Below are positions 12,265 to 25,800 of a DNA stretch of 64,000 nucleotides, piece by piece. The first letter of the stretch is position 1. Every line of letters starts with the position of its first letter. A program made the translations under genes and the position numbers. The notes under the pieces are model-generated. The model was not told where the DNA came from, searched no databases, and worked only from the letters and a program-made list of their open reading frames with translations. Location of the stretch: the NCBI RefSeq assembly GCF_009914755.1, contig NC_060935.1; one strand, 5' to 3'. The stretch is from the human T2T-CHM13v2.0 reference genome, Homo sapiens.

Positions 12265-14886
12265 GTGATGGTAATATCAGGAGACAAGACTGACAAGATT
12301 TCTGGATTGTCAGCAAACTTTTGGATTGTATTCCTTGACCCACATGCAAGCTCTTTTAAATCCTTGGAATGCTTATTGCTGCCTATTTCCAGATAAGCTT
12401 CTTTTTCTCTTCCCATGCTATAATTTCTACCTCTCTGCAGTATGTTCATCCTTCTATTAATATATGTTAAGCTGTTTGGTTTCTTCTTTTCCTTTTTGAG
12501 TTCATTCAGATTGCTGCCTGAAATACTATTTTAGAGTCTCAGCCATTTCGTGATATATTGTTTCTTTATTTCTTGCATAATTATTTTCTCCCTTCTCCTC
12601 TCCTGATACTCATCTGCTCATATCCCAACCTTCATGAAGCCAGATATAGCTAATATTATCCCATTTTAGAGAGCTGAGTGTGTATCACTCTTCTCATTCA
12701 ATTCATTTTAGCAAGTTTTCATTGTCTACCTACCATGGATGAACTCAGTGTTGCTGCCTTACATTCTTGGGGGACGTTTAGCCAAATAGACAAGCACTTA
12801 CAAAACCACCTGCTTGAGCCTGTGTCTGCTTTGTCTAGGGCAAGAACTGGTCCCATGTGTAAACGTGGTAAGATTTGGAACTGAATTATTATTCTCTCAT
12901 AAGTCCTCCACAAACTTCAGGATGTCTTATCATTTGTTACATCTTTTCTTGGCGTTTCCATTCTTTGGAAAATGGTCACGTGATGCCCCTTCACCTCAAT
13001 GATGTATGGCAGCTCTACGTATGCCCAAGCCTCCCCTCCCCACCATCCACTGGCTTTCCCCTTGCCCTGCGTTACCATCTCTTTCTCAACAGGAAAGGGG
13101 TGCAACAAGGGAAGGTCCTCTATCTTCTGCTTTCGTATCTTCCGATTTTACTTTGTAGATTCTCTTTTCCTTGAAAGAGACTCACTTTTAAAGAGGAATG
13201 GCAATTGGGATGGCTAAAAAGATGTTAACTTTTGGAAATATAACAGATGGCAGGAACTTGGCAGAGCAGTAAAAATCCATTGTGTCAGACTGTAGCAATC
13301 AGAGGCTCTCCAAGCACTTTTTTTTCTGAACTACATTTTGCCCCCCGACTATTGGAATTAACACTATTTATTTGTCCCATTTGAAATGATTTGGCCCCTT
13401 TTCTCTTCCAAGCTGTTTTTCCAGAGTAAGTGCTATTACTAGAAAAGGTTTTCTTTTTTTTCTTTCTTTTTTAAAAATCGTAAGCATGAGAGAATACTAA
13501 TATATTTACCCTTTGGTTTCTGTCAGCGAGGCCTACAAGAGAAAAAATGAAATCATGCATTTTTCTGGCACATTTTTTCAGACAGCCAAGCATAGGAGCA
13601 AATTATATCCTCTCCTTACTTTTTTTTTCTCTTATACCATGATGAATTTCTTTCTCCAGAGAGAGAAGTGATTTTTAAAAGGCTTGAACAACATGCTAAT
13701 CTTTCCTTCTGATAGCCCCTGGTTGAATTACTCCTGAATTTGAAGCATTTACTGATGAAATGATACTTGACATTAACCAGTGTTGTATGGAAATATTTCT
13801 AGTACCTAGGGAGAAAATAAAGGAGGGTATTCGTAACACTGCCGCTGTGTGGCTGAATCTTCCATTTTTCTCAGAATCAACTTGAATTACTCTTGCTGCA
13901 TGCTGACTGACTTCTTTCCTAAGAGACCACTCTTAGACAGGAAGATTTGCACCACTGGAAAAAGCTAGAATTTACAGTATTATTATGATGAAAAAGGTTG
14001 GGTTTTGGTCGTAGTCTACTTGGCTATTTGGCAGAACCAGCTGAAGGCTTTGGTTAGGGATTTTTTTTTCCCTTGTGCAGAATGACAAAGGTGATATCAT
14101 ATCCCTGTAAATAAAATACTCTTCTTGTTATAAAGCCATACTTAGACTTAGAGCTCAGGGTAGACAAGCAGAGTTTTCCACAGAGAGGTGAAATATGACC
14201 TTGGCTTTTGGTTTTGTATTTCAGGATATTTTTGACTTGGCTGACTACTTTTGGCCATTGACTAAGTAAAACTAGATAAGAAAAATTATGAAAATATATG
14301 GATGATTATTCAACCTTGAGAAGATTCTTCTCTTCGTGTTAGACCTTGTAGCTCACAGAACTGTGCAAATTCTCTATTTGCTTTTTTTCTAGTGGGAAAA
14401 AAGTTTAGCACAGCAAATTATGGAGCAGTTGTCTCATTCTTCAGTCGAAATGTGGGGATGTGTTTATATGACAAGTATTGGAACAGTTTCTTCAGGGATG
14501 ACACTCAGCTTAGTTAACATGAGAATTTGTACCCTATGATATGGTGTAGGAGGAAGGAGAATAATGAAAGTCTTCAGAATCTTGGGATTGATTATACCTC
14601 ACTTCCAAAGCTTTCCAGGCAGCTAGAGCCACAGTGTCTAGCTTAGACTCAATGTTGACCCAATTTTATTTCACAAAACACTCTTTCTTTAAGACTTTGC
14701 AGTATAGGTGTGGGGTATAGGGGGAAAGAAAGGAATTCATGATCAAATAGATTTTTGAAATTGTACATATTATATCCCTTGGGATCCCAAATTACATAGC
14801 ATGATTGTGCATGTAACAAGTATTTACTGAATTCTGACTATGCACCATGGAACTTCATTTCTAATAGTAAAAGTAGACAATAGGTG

Positions 14887-15619
14887 CTGTAGTCCTCACT
14901 TATCCATGGTTTCACTTCCCAATGTCTCACTTATCCACTGCCAACCACTGTCCCAACATATCAAATGGAAAATTCCAAAAATAAACCATTCATAAGTTTT
15001 CAATTTCATTCCATTTTGAGTTACCTGATGAACTCTCAGTTCATCCCTCACTGTTCCTCCAACGTCCTGCTGGGATGAGAATCCTCCCTTTGTCCAGCGT
15101 GTCCATGCTGTGCATGTTTTCCGCCCCTTAGTCACTTAGTAGCCATTTTGTTATCAGATCACCAATCCTGGTATTGCAGTATTTGTGTTCAAGTCACCCT
15201 TACTGTACTTAATAATGGCCCCAAAGCTCAAGAGTAGTGATTCTGGCAATTTTAATATGCTGGAAAGAAACTGTACACTGCTTCCTTTAAGTGAAAAGGT
15301 GTAAGTTCCTGACTTTCATAAGAAAAGAAAAAAATGCTGAGATTGCTAAGACCTAGAGTAAGAGTGAATCTTCTATCCATGAAGTTGTGAAGAAGGAAGA
15401 AGAAATCTGTGCTGGTTTTGCTGTCACACCTGAAACTGCAAGAGTTACAGCCACAGTGTGTGATAAGTGCTTAGTTTAGATGGAAAAGGCATTAAGTTTG
15501 TGGGTGGAAAACATAAACGGTAACACATCCCGATTGATGGCAATCGGGTTTGGTTTCAGGCATTCACTGGGTGTCTTGAAACGTACCCCCCTCAGATAAG
15601 GCTGGGGGAGGGCACTATA
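14887..15619 (+). mobile_element. MER44 (MER44C/D-size, Tigger7-related) DNA transposon
   Basis: Begins ctgtagtcctcacttatccatggtttc, contains aaatggaaaattccaaaaataaac, ends tttcaggcattcactgggtgtcttgaaacgtacccccctcagataagg; ~730 bp. Confidence 0.85.
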
Positions 15620-16162
15620 TCTACTGTGCTTTCATATGGAGATTAAAAAGCAGAGTAAATTTTTAGAGGTGACTCAGGATGGGAGATGAGGGAGGTTTAT
15701 TTTGGAGCATATTAAAGGCTCCAGGAAGTTCTACTTTAAGAAACCTCTTTATCTTTGTTCAACTAGTGTTTCCTAAAGAGTATTTTAGTTGCCTACCTAT
15801 ACAGAATTAGTGTGTCATGGAACACAGTTTGGGAAATAGTGGGCTAGCTATTTCCACAGGGTCTCTATGTTTTATGATTATAATTCCTATTTGGACTGAT
15901 GTTCATTTCATCTTCTCCCTGGAGCCTGCTGTAGAGTTAATGGTGTATGCTGACTAGCCCAGTCTCCCTCACCAAAAATTGATTCAATTTTTACCATTTC
16001 AAGGCTGTTTGTTAGATACTATAAGAAGAAATAAGGCCCATAACTTTTCTTCAAGGAGCTATGGTCCAATGTATACTTTAAAGATACACATAAGTAACTA
16101 ATCTAAGGAAGACAGTACTATCAGAAAGGTAGGTAGAAATAAAATACAGACAATATTTAGAG

Positions 16163-16341
16163 CAGTGGTTCTCAAAGTGGGGTCCCAGGACCAGAATTTC
16201 TTCAGAACTTGTTAGAATTTTAAATTCTCAGGCCCCACCCCGGATCAACAGAGTCAGAAACTCTGCAGTGGTACCCCCAAATCTGAAATTTAACAAGCCT
16301 TATGATGGTTCTGATGGTCTCTAGAGTTTAAGAGTCATAGC
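16163..16341 (+). mobile_element. MER5A-type hAT MITE
   Basis: cagtggttctcaaagtggggtccc..aaattctcaggccccaccc..gagtcagaaactctg..ttaacaagcc. Confidence 0.85.
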
Positions 16342-17344
16342 TTTAGAAGAAGTGGTGCTCACATTTGAATGGGGAATCTCCAAAATAGCTTCATAGAATT
16401 GGTGGGTGGCATTTTATCTAAACCTTCTGAGTAAAACTTGTAGGTGCAGATGGGTAGAGACCTGCATTCCTAAAGGAGGCAAGAGCTGTCAGAGTCAAAT
16501 TCACAGTGGAGATCTCAGGTCTAGTTTTAGCTTTTTTATAGGCAAGCTGTGTGACCTTGTTCAAATCACATAACCTGTCTCAATCTGTTTCCTCAATGGT
16601 TAAACTAGGGTGTTGGGGTAGATAAGCTTATGATCCCTTTGGCTATAAAACTCAGTGACTTTACATGGCTTTGGCTCAGTATTTCATTATATAATGTGAA
16701 TAATGGCATAAGCTAAATTATTGTGATTCAAATACTTAGTATATTATCTTATACATTCTCTAGCTACAGTGGTTTGTATTTTAAAGAAATAACCCACATC
16801 AAACCCTTTTTCTTCTTTTCAGGCAGCCATTAGCACCAACCAGGGAGTAAAACTTTATTCCCAAGTATGTCATACGAGCAGTCTATAACTGATTTCAGGA
16901 GCAAGGACCCAGAACATAAAGTAGCGCCATGAGAATGGTAATTTGGGTGGTATCAGAATAGGCTGCTCTAGAAGATAGGGCTAAGCAGTATCTGGCTGTT
17001 CTGGGACTCATCATTGCAAGGAGAAATCTTGCTTGAACTCCCCAGGAATTAAATGCTAGCTCTAAGGAGTAGTTCCCTAACGCAGCTGTAGCTTTTGGAG
17101 TTTGAAAGTGCACACACGGGAATTGGAATCAATTACAGAGCTCTGGCAATAGCTTTTGGCCATGTCACCATGCACAGGACCTCTCTGTGGCATTGACTCT
17201 GACCCCTGGCACAAGTTTGTGATCTGTGAAAGGGTAGCTTTCATATTAGGTGTGGTCCCTCTCTGGACCCTTTATCCTTACCTCAGTTTTACTCGTTTTT
17301 TGTTTTGTATCCCTGCTTCTGAAAACCTTAATAATTATGTCAGT

Positions 17345-17530
17345 TAATATTCACGGAATATTTACTATGTGCCGGACACTATGTTAAGCCTTTTACCTGA
17401 GAGTGTGAACTCTTATACTCCCCATTTTAAAGATAGAGAAACTGAGATTTAATGAAGCTTTCAATATTAGCCCCAAAGTCACCCAGCCACTAGATGGCAA
17501 GTCCTGGATTCAACTCAGGTTTCTCTGACC
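17345..17530 (-). mobile_element. MIR
   Basis: tactatgtgccggacact..cccattttaaagatagagaaactgag..aaagtcacccagc. Confidence 0.75.
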
Positions 17531-17704
17531 TTTGAGGCTAACATAGTGTTCTTCCTTTGCTTTTAGTAAAGAAAGGACATTCTTTCCTTTACCTTTGATG
17601 GGTGTTTTTTTCTACTGGAAAATAAAACGTAGAGTAGGTTGTAAATTTTACTCCCTGTCTTGTGATTCCCAGATTTTGTCTTCTCTAAAATCTGCCTTTA
17701 TTAA

Positions 17705-17920
17705 TGATAATAGCTAACAATTATATACAATGTGCCATGAAGTGTTTTAAGTATTTTCCATTTATTAACTCAAATCCTATTCGGTAGGCATTATTGTTCT
17801 CATTTTATAGAAGAATAAACTGAGGTGCAGAGAGGTTCAATAGCTTGCCTGGGGTTGTAAAGCTAGTAAATGGCATAGATAGGATTCAAATGCAGGCAGT
17901 CAAGTGCCAAGGTGCATGTT
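17705..17920 (-). mobile_element. MIR
   Basis: cattttatagaagaataaactgaggtgcagagaggttcaatagcttgcc. Confidence 0.75.
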
Positions 17921-20900
17921 CTGTAACCATTGCATGCTCTGCCTTTGTGTTGGCATTGGCTCTGGCACTGCATACACCAGAGCAGAGACTGATCTTCCAT
18001 TTGCAGTTTGAACACGGGTCACCTTCCTCAAGGACTCCTGTCAAGGGGACTCTATATTGACTTTGTTCTTTGCTTTACAGCCTAACATAGCAAATTTCTT
18101 GAGTACCCTCCCGATTTGGCTAACAAAATCCCCTCAAAATAGAAAAGATAGGAAGAGAGGGAATGAAAATGAAATATATTTTTAAAATACCTTTGGTAGT
18201 GTTCAGAAGTCTCACCAATTTAAGCAGACCAGATTAATGTTGGCAGAAAACAGCTTTATCAGGTTACCAAAGCAAGCATAGGTACCCTACAGAGCCAAGG
18301 CTGTCCCAGAGAGGTAGTCTCTGTGATTGCTGTTCCCTGCCCCCAAGGTCTCTGGTATTTATTCATCCATGGAAAGAAAAATCTGCATGCCCTTCTGAGT
18401 CCCACAGTAAGATCCATCCTAACAGAGCAGAAGGGCAGGATGGGGAGGCACACCAGGAATGCCTCTGAAAAATAAATGTCTCAAAGATTGATGGCTTGAT
18501 GATCTCTTTGGAGATTATATCAAAAATTATTGATTATGTTAGTAAGTCGTAGAAAATAGGCTCTGAGGTTGGGAACTAAGTGCTTTCTTTAAAATAATCT
18601 AGAAGCAGTAGAATAAATCAATGTGCAGAGCATCTAAAATACTGTATCATATTGGCTTCACAAATAGCTTGGCTTCAATGTGGAAAGGGCAATATTATTT
18701 TTAAAAAAAACTTCAACAGTTGTCTTGGCATGCTAAAAAGAAAAGAAGACAAAATTCAATTCTATTATTTGCTTTGCAAAATTTTACAACATTCCTAGCT
18801 TCTAGCATTCATTTATTTCCTAATCAGTGGGAAAACTGCAAGGCTTTTTAAAATAATTTGTGCCAGATAGGGCTTTTTTTTTTTCCTTTGCCACAATAAA
18901 GATACAAAAGCCTTAAAAGATATTTTGTTTTCAACAACTGAATTTGACAAACTTAGTCCTGCTCAGTTTTTTGGTGGTAGGTCTGAATTTCAGTATGTGA
19001 TAATACTACTCCATTTATGCTTGTTTTGAAATATTTTCTATTTGCATTTAAGACCACCGATTCCGGTTTTTAAGAAAACAATTCCAGCAATGTATCTTGC
19101 TGAAAGAAAAACTCACTATGCAAAAGCACCAATTTTTGAATAGTTAAATTGAATGATACATTTTCATATTATGATAGCATTCTTTGCCTTGAAAGATTCA
19201 CAGAAAGATTTGTAAAAAGTAACTATCCCCTTAGGGCACTTTAATGTTTATTTATAAACAGTTAACTACTTAGAGGAAGAAATAACACCAGGGAGAGTAA
19301 TATGGTGTCAGAAAAGGAAGATGACTCCAAAATAATGATAAACCACAGCTCTAAAATTTTAATGTAACTTAATGAAAACTAATTCAATTGAAGCGTGTTT
19401 CAGTTTGGTATTAGCTCTGAACCTGGGAAACTTGAGTCCTGGCATTAGGGGAATCTCTTCATTTTATGGACCCTGGTTTCTTCATCTGTAAACTCAGGAG
19501 ATTGGAACAGATGATCTTTAAGGCTCCTTTGAACCTGTATAATTTCTTGATTCAGTTTCCTGAAGTAAGATGTGCTTTTTGTTGGGGAATAGGAAACGGA
19601 GCATATTAAAGGCATCTGGGCCTCTGGTTACATTAGTACTTAGGGTTCTGTTCAACAAACCAGTGTTGTTTGCTTCCTGTGTGGTGGGTGCTGTACTGGA
19701 TGCTGGGAATAGAGTGATGTACTTCCCATCAGGTTTCCTTAAATAGAAGTTCAAAGTGTGAATGAGGGGGCAGACTCAGAAAAGTTCAGTTGAACTGTAT
19801 TTTTCATGGGGGAAGTTTTCCTCTCTGATGACCATGGAGTCTAGACTCCTTGGGCTAAGGATCGGCAAAATTACTGTTACAGGAAGTCTTCTCAGCACAG
19901 GATAGTGAGTGGGAAATAAGGCAGAAACTTTATTTGTATTTCTCTGGAGCATTCTGGGAGTGATCCCAGTATTTCACCTTGAGAGAGTGTAACCTAACCT
20001 TCACATTCCCTTACGAGAGACTCGCTTACTTTACCGTGTTCACATGTCCACAGTGAGCCTAAAAATGTCTCCACTGCTTTGGAGCCTTTTGAGATGATGA
20101 AATAGAGACTCCTGAGGCATACAAAATACTATTAAAGCTTCTGCTAGTGTACTTCTGTGATCACTACAGAGAGGTTCTTTTGCTCCCATATTTCAGTTGA
20201 CTGTGCTCTACAAAGTAGACACCCCAATCACACTGTGGGCTTCGCCACTCTGCTAGGTAGGACATTTGAACCTACTGCATCCAGAAAACCCCAAATGTAT
20301 CATTTTCTTAATAAAGTTTCCTTTGAAATGACCAGCAGCCCAGTGATGTCTTTCTAGGAACTTACTGAGCAGGGTCACCAGCGGCCATCTGACTTGGTCC
20401 CTGCCCTAGTTACCAGAGCTGCTGTCCACAGGCTGCCTGTTCCACTTACTTAGCATATGCAATGTCTCTAAAGAACTGCATGTGAAATTAACTTCCTTTA
20501 TAGACGCTTACTCCCTTTTTCAGCTTTTCATTTTTGCTGTCTATTAATGCCTGTAAAGTCCCTAAATTAAACTTGACTTTTTCTATCTGTAACTCCATGT
20601 TTTCTACGGGATACTTCAGCAAATGATAGCAGCAAGATATCTTACATTCCCAGGCAGAACCAGCATTTGCATGCTCAGGGTTTCACTTCAGGAGAGTCTC
20701 CTGTAAGGTGGAGCTGAAAAAAAAAAAAAAAGAAAAGCCTTGTGGGGTATGGAGAGAGCCTGAGCTCTAATCTAGAGTCTGCTAGACTCTATCAATGACT
20801 ATTAAATTTAGACAGTTTCCACAGTTTCATGACTATGTGGGTTAAAAGGTAAAAACTTTTTCCTATTTTAGCCAGTAAAATTAATCAAGGAGAGGGGAGA

Positions 20901-21299
20901 AAGGAGGTATTCAACAAGAAAAAGTTAAGTCTATTTAGACTTAACTAATAAAGTCGAGATAGGAAAATGAGGTTTTATATTATCATTAACAAAAAGGTTA
21001 TAATAATATGTGCCTTGCTAACCTTGGATATGAAAGGGTTTTATAAACCATACAATTTGTAATATTTTAATATGTTAAACTCCTGTAGGGATTTTTTTTT
21101 TTTTCAGTTTGCAGCCAATAACTAGAACTACATTAAAACCAGAGAGGAGATAACCAAAAAGATATGCTGGGGGCAGGGATGGGTTGTACTTTTTAAAATC
21201 AATGACATATGTTGACTATTTCATTAGAATTAAATTATGTCATATATGCTTCTAGGATCCTTAATTATTTCATTCTTGCTTGCAGGTAATTTTGAGAGA

Positions 21300-21560
21300 G
21301 TGATTGTGTGATGGGGAAAAGCATGGATTTTAGAGAAAGATTAAGGTCTGAGATCCTGCTTTACTACTTGCCGGCTGGGGAACATTGTTTGGGCAAATGT
21401 CTCAACTAAATAGATTAACTTCTCTGACCCTCAGTTTTCTAATATGTCATTGGGTAAAATAGTACCTATTACTTAGGATTATCATGAAGATTAAATACAA
21501 CAAAGTGGAAAAATGACTGACACAGTGCCTACATCATTACATGCCTGCAAAGAAATTCAT
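21300..21560 (+). mobile_element. MIR
   Basis: ttaacttctctgaccctcagttttctaat..tagtacctattacttaggattatcatgaagattaaat. Confidence 0.7.
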
Positions 21561-22079
21561 TTTCCATCTCCTCTCATCTTCACGTTCCCTGTAAAGGAAG
21601 AAAAGGAGAATGTCAAGGGCTTGCAGAGTATAAGACTGGATGGAAGAACTCATATTTGGGGGTTCTAAAAATCTGATCCTTTGGGTATGAATAGACTTAA
21701 CTTTTTCTTGTTGAATACCTCCTTTCTCCCTTCTCCTTGATTGATTTTACTGGCTAAAATAGGAAAAAGTTTGTATCTTTTAACCCACATAGTCATGAAA
21801 CTGTAGAAACTGTCCAAATTTAATAGTCATTGATGAAAGTAATTGGAAGTATCTCTTGTAATTTCTAAAGTTTTTCTTGCAAGTAATCACTCTTACCTCC
21901 CTTGTTCTGAATAGTTCTGGATATCACTCCAGTCATATAACTCCTTAGGGATTATTGTCTCTGCTTTGTAACTTGACACTTTGTTCATTCTCATGGCATT
22001 GCATTATTCATAAACCTTGATCAGTTTAAAAGTAAGCACAATAAAAGATGGTAATACCTTGAAGCATTTTAAAAAGATT

Positions 22080-22590
22080 ATAATTATAAAAGTAATTATG
22101 TAACTATTGATGAACAATGTTCATTGAAGAAAAGTTAGAAAATGCAAATATGCCACCAAATCCCAAAACACAGTTAATCCTTTTTAAATATAAAAATTCA
22201 TTTGCACATATAGGTGTTTATATAATAATAGAACTCATGCTATATATACTGTTTGATGACCTTTTTTCCTTAGCATTACATCTTACTGCATCTGAAAATG
22301 CACATCTTTTATGTCTCTATTTTTAATGACTGCATAATATTTTATTTTATGAATACACCATGAATTATTCAGTCCTCTATTGATAGGCATTTAGCATCTC
22401 TTCATTTTTTTTTTACTTTAAACTGTGCTATAACAGATAATTGTCTAAATGTTTCTATAGGATAATTACTGCAAAGGCAGTTCTAAGTCAAAGGTAAATG
22501 CACTTAAGGCTTCCAATATATCTCTAAATTGACCTTCAGAATGTAAGAAATCTTGTACCAATGAACAACGCTGTCAGTAGTATAAAAGTG
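22080..22590 (-). mobile_element. Old L1 (L1ME-like) 3' fragment
   Basis: ttttaatgactgcataatatt..ctattgataggcattta..gtcaaagg; degenerate. Confidence 0.55.
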
Positions 22591-22832
22591 TTATTTAAAA
22601 CAAAGTGTCACTTGAAAACAATTCTTACAAGATTGGGCTAAATTCTAGTAATCTTAAGTTCCTTATTACCTAGTAGTGGCAAGGTTTCTAATTTTTTCTT
22701 ATATTGCTGTTTTAGTAAAAAGATTTTGTGATAAAGTTTTAAAAAGCATGGCTTCCTAATAGTTATTTCCCACTCTCCCCCTTCTTCTAGGATGGTTAAT
22801 TTATCTTTTCTCTCTCTCTTTCTTCCCTCCAG

Positions 22833-22849
22833 GATGGAAGTATGATGTG
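22833..22849 (+). other. FAT3: 17-nt 5' UTR part of the FAT3 coding exon, containing uORFs
   Basis: tcttccctccAG|GATGGAAGTATGATGTG-ATG; uATGs at 22834, 22842 and 22845. Confidence 0.85.
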
Positions 22850-25800
22850 ATGGATATAATTATGGGACACTGTGTGGGCACACGGCCTCCTGCTTGTTGC
22901 CTCATCCTCCTGCTTTTCAAGCTTTTGGCCACTGTCTCCCAGGGGCTGCCAGGGACTGGACCCCTGGGCTTCCACTTCACACATTCCATTTATAATGCTA
23001 CCGTGTATGAGAACTCAGCAGCAAGGACCTACGTCAACAGCCAGAGTAGAATGGGCATCACCTTAATAGATCTATCCTGGGATATCAAATACAGAATAGT
23101 GTCCGGAGACGAGGAAGGCTTTTTCAAAGCAGAGGAAGTCATCATTGCAGATTTCTGTTTTCTCAGAATAAGAACTAAAGGTGGCAATTCTGCCATATTA
23201 AATAGGGAAATCCAGGATAATTATTTATTGATAGTAAAAGGTTCTGTCAGAGGAGAGGATTTGGAAGCATGGACCAAAGTGAATATACAGGTTTTAGATA
23301 TGAATGATCTGAGACCTTTGTTTTCACCCACAACATACTCTGTTACCATAGCAGAAAGCACACCTCTAAGGACTAGTGTTGCCCAGGTGACTGCAACAGA
23401 CGCAGATATTGGTTCCAATGGAGAATTCTACTACTACTTTAAAAATAAAGTTGATCTCTTTTCAGTTCACCCCACGAGTGGTGTCATCTCCTTAAGTGGT
23501 CGATTAAATTATGATGAAAAGAATAGGTATGATCTGGAAATTTTGGCTGTGGACCGGGGAATGAAACTGTATGGGAACAATGGAGTGAGCAGTACTGCAA
23601 AGCTTTATGTTCACATTGAGCGCATAAATGAACATGCCCCAACAATCCATGTAGTCACTCATGTTCCTTTCTCGTTGGAAAAAGAGCCAACATATGCAGT
23701 GGTGACAGTTGATGACTTAGATGATGGAGCGAATGGAGAGATCGAATCTGTTTCCATTGTGGCTGGGGATCCTTTAGATCAGTTCTTCCTGGCTAAGGAA
23801 GGAAAGTGGTTGAATGAGTACAAGATTAAGGAGAGGAAGCAGATTGACTGGGAGAGCTTTCCCTATGGCTACAATCTCACTCTTCAAGCAAAAGACAAGG
23901 GATCTCCTCAAAAATGTTCAGCATTAAAGGCAGTCTACATTGGCAACCCCACAAGAGACACTGTCCCCATTAGATTTGAAAAAGAAGTGTACGATGTGAG
24001 CATAAGTGAATTTTCCCCTCCTGGTGTCGTGGTTGCTATAGTAAAATTAAGTCCTGAACCGATAGATGTGGAATACAAATTATCTCCTGGTGAGGATGCA
24101 GTGTACTTTAAAATTAATCCTCGGTCGGGTCTGATTGTTACAGCACGGCCACTGAATACTGTTAAGAAGGAGGTTTATAAACTGGAGGTGACAAACAAGG
24201 AAGGAGATTTAAAAGCACAGGTCACCATCAGCATAGAAGATGCAAATGACCACACCCCAGAATTTCAGCAACCACTGTATGATGCTTATGTGAATGAAAG
24301 TGTCCCAGTGGGAACCAGCGTTCTAACAGTTTCAGCTTCTGATAAGGATAAAGGAGAAAATGGGTACATCACCTATAGTATCGCTAGCCTGAATTTGTTA
24401 CCATTTGTCATTAATCAGTTTACAGGTGTTATTAGCACAACTGAAGAACTGGATTTTGAATCCTCCCCAGAAATTTACAGATTCATTGTTAGAGCCTCTG
24501 ACTGGGGTTCACCATACCGCCATGAAAGTGAGGTCAATGTGACTATTCGAATAGGAAATGTCAACGACAACAGCCCTCTCTTTGAAAAAGTGGCTTGCCA
24601 GGGAGTTATTTCATATGACTTTCCAGTTGGTGGTCACATCACAGCAGTCTCAGCGATCGATATCGATGAACTTGAACTTGTAAAGTACAAAATCATTTCT
24701 GGAAATGAACTTGGCTTCTTTTATTTAAACCCAGATTCTGGTGTTTTACAGCTTAAAAAATCACTGACAAATTCTGGCATTAAAAATGGCAATTTTGCCC
24801 TCAGAATTACAGCAACTGATGGAGAGAATCTTGCAGACCCCATGTCTATTAACATTTCAGTCCTACATGGGAAAGTGTCTTCAAAGAGCTTCAGTTGCAG
24901 AGAAACTCGTGTGGCTCAAAAGCTGGCAGAGAAACTACTCATTAAGGCAAAAGCAAATGGGAAACTGAATCTGGAAGATGGATTTCTTGACTTTTATTCA
25001 GTTAATAGACAGGGACCATATTTTGACAAGTCTTTTCCTTCTGATGTGGCTGTAAAGGAGGATCTGCCAGTTGGTGCTAACATTCTGAAGATTAAAGCCT
25101 ATGATGCCGACTCTGGCTTCAATGGAAAAGTGCTATTTACAATATCAGATGGAAATACGGATAGTTGCTTTAATATTGATATGGAGACTGGGCAGCTTAA
25201 AGTCCTTATGCCCATGGATCGAGAACACACAGACCTCTATCTCCTTAATATCACCATCTATGACTTAGGTAATCCACAGAAATCGTCATGGAGACTGCTG
25301 ACCATCAATGTGGAGGATGCTAATGACAATAGCCCAGTTTTTATTCAAGACAGTTACTCAGTTAACATTCTTGAAAGTTCAGGCATTGGTACTGAAATCA
25401 TTCAAGTGGAAGCCAGAGACAAAGACTTAGGTTCTAATGGTGAAGTGACTTACTCAGTCTTGACAGATACACAGCAGTTTGCCATCAATAGCTCAACTGG
25501 AATCGTTTATGTAGCCGACCAGTTGGACCGGGAATCCAAAGCCAATTATTCTTTGAAAATAGAAGCCAGGGACAAGGCAGAGAGTGGTCAGCAGCTGTTT
25601 TCAGTTGTCACTCTTAAAGTTTTTTTAGATGATGTCAATGACTGCTCCCCAGCTTTCATTCCCAGTAGCTATAGTGTGAAGGTTCTTGAAGATCTCCCTG
25701 TTGGCACTGTCATTGCTTGGCTTGAGACCCATGATCCAGATCTTGGACTGGGGGGTCAAGTGCGCTATTCTTTGGTCAATGACTATAATGGGAGATTTGA

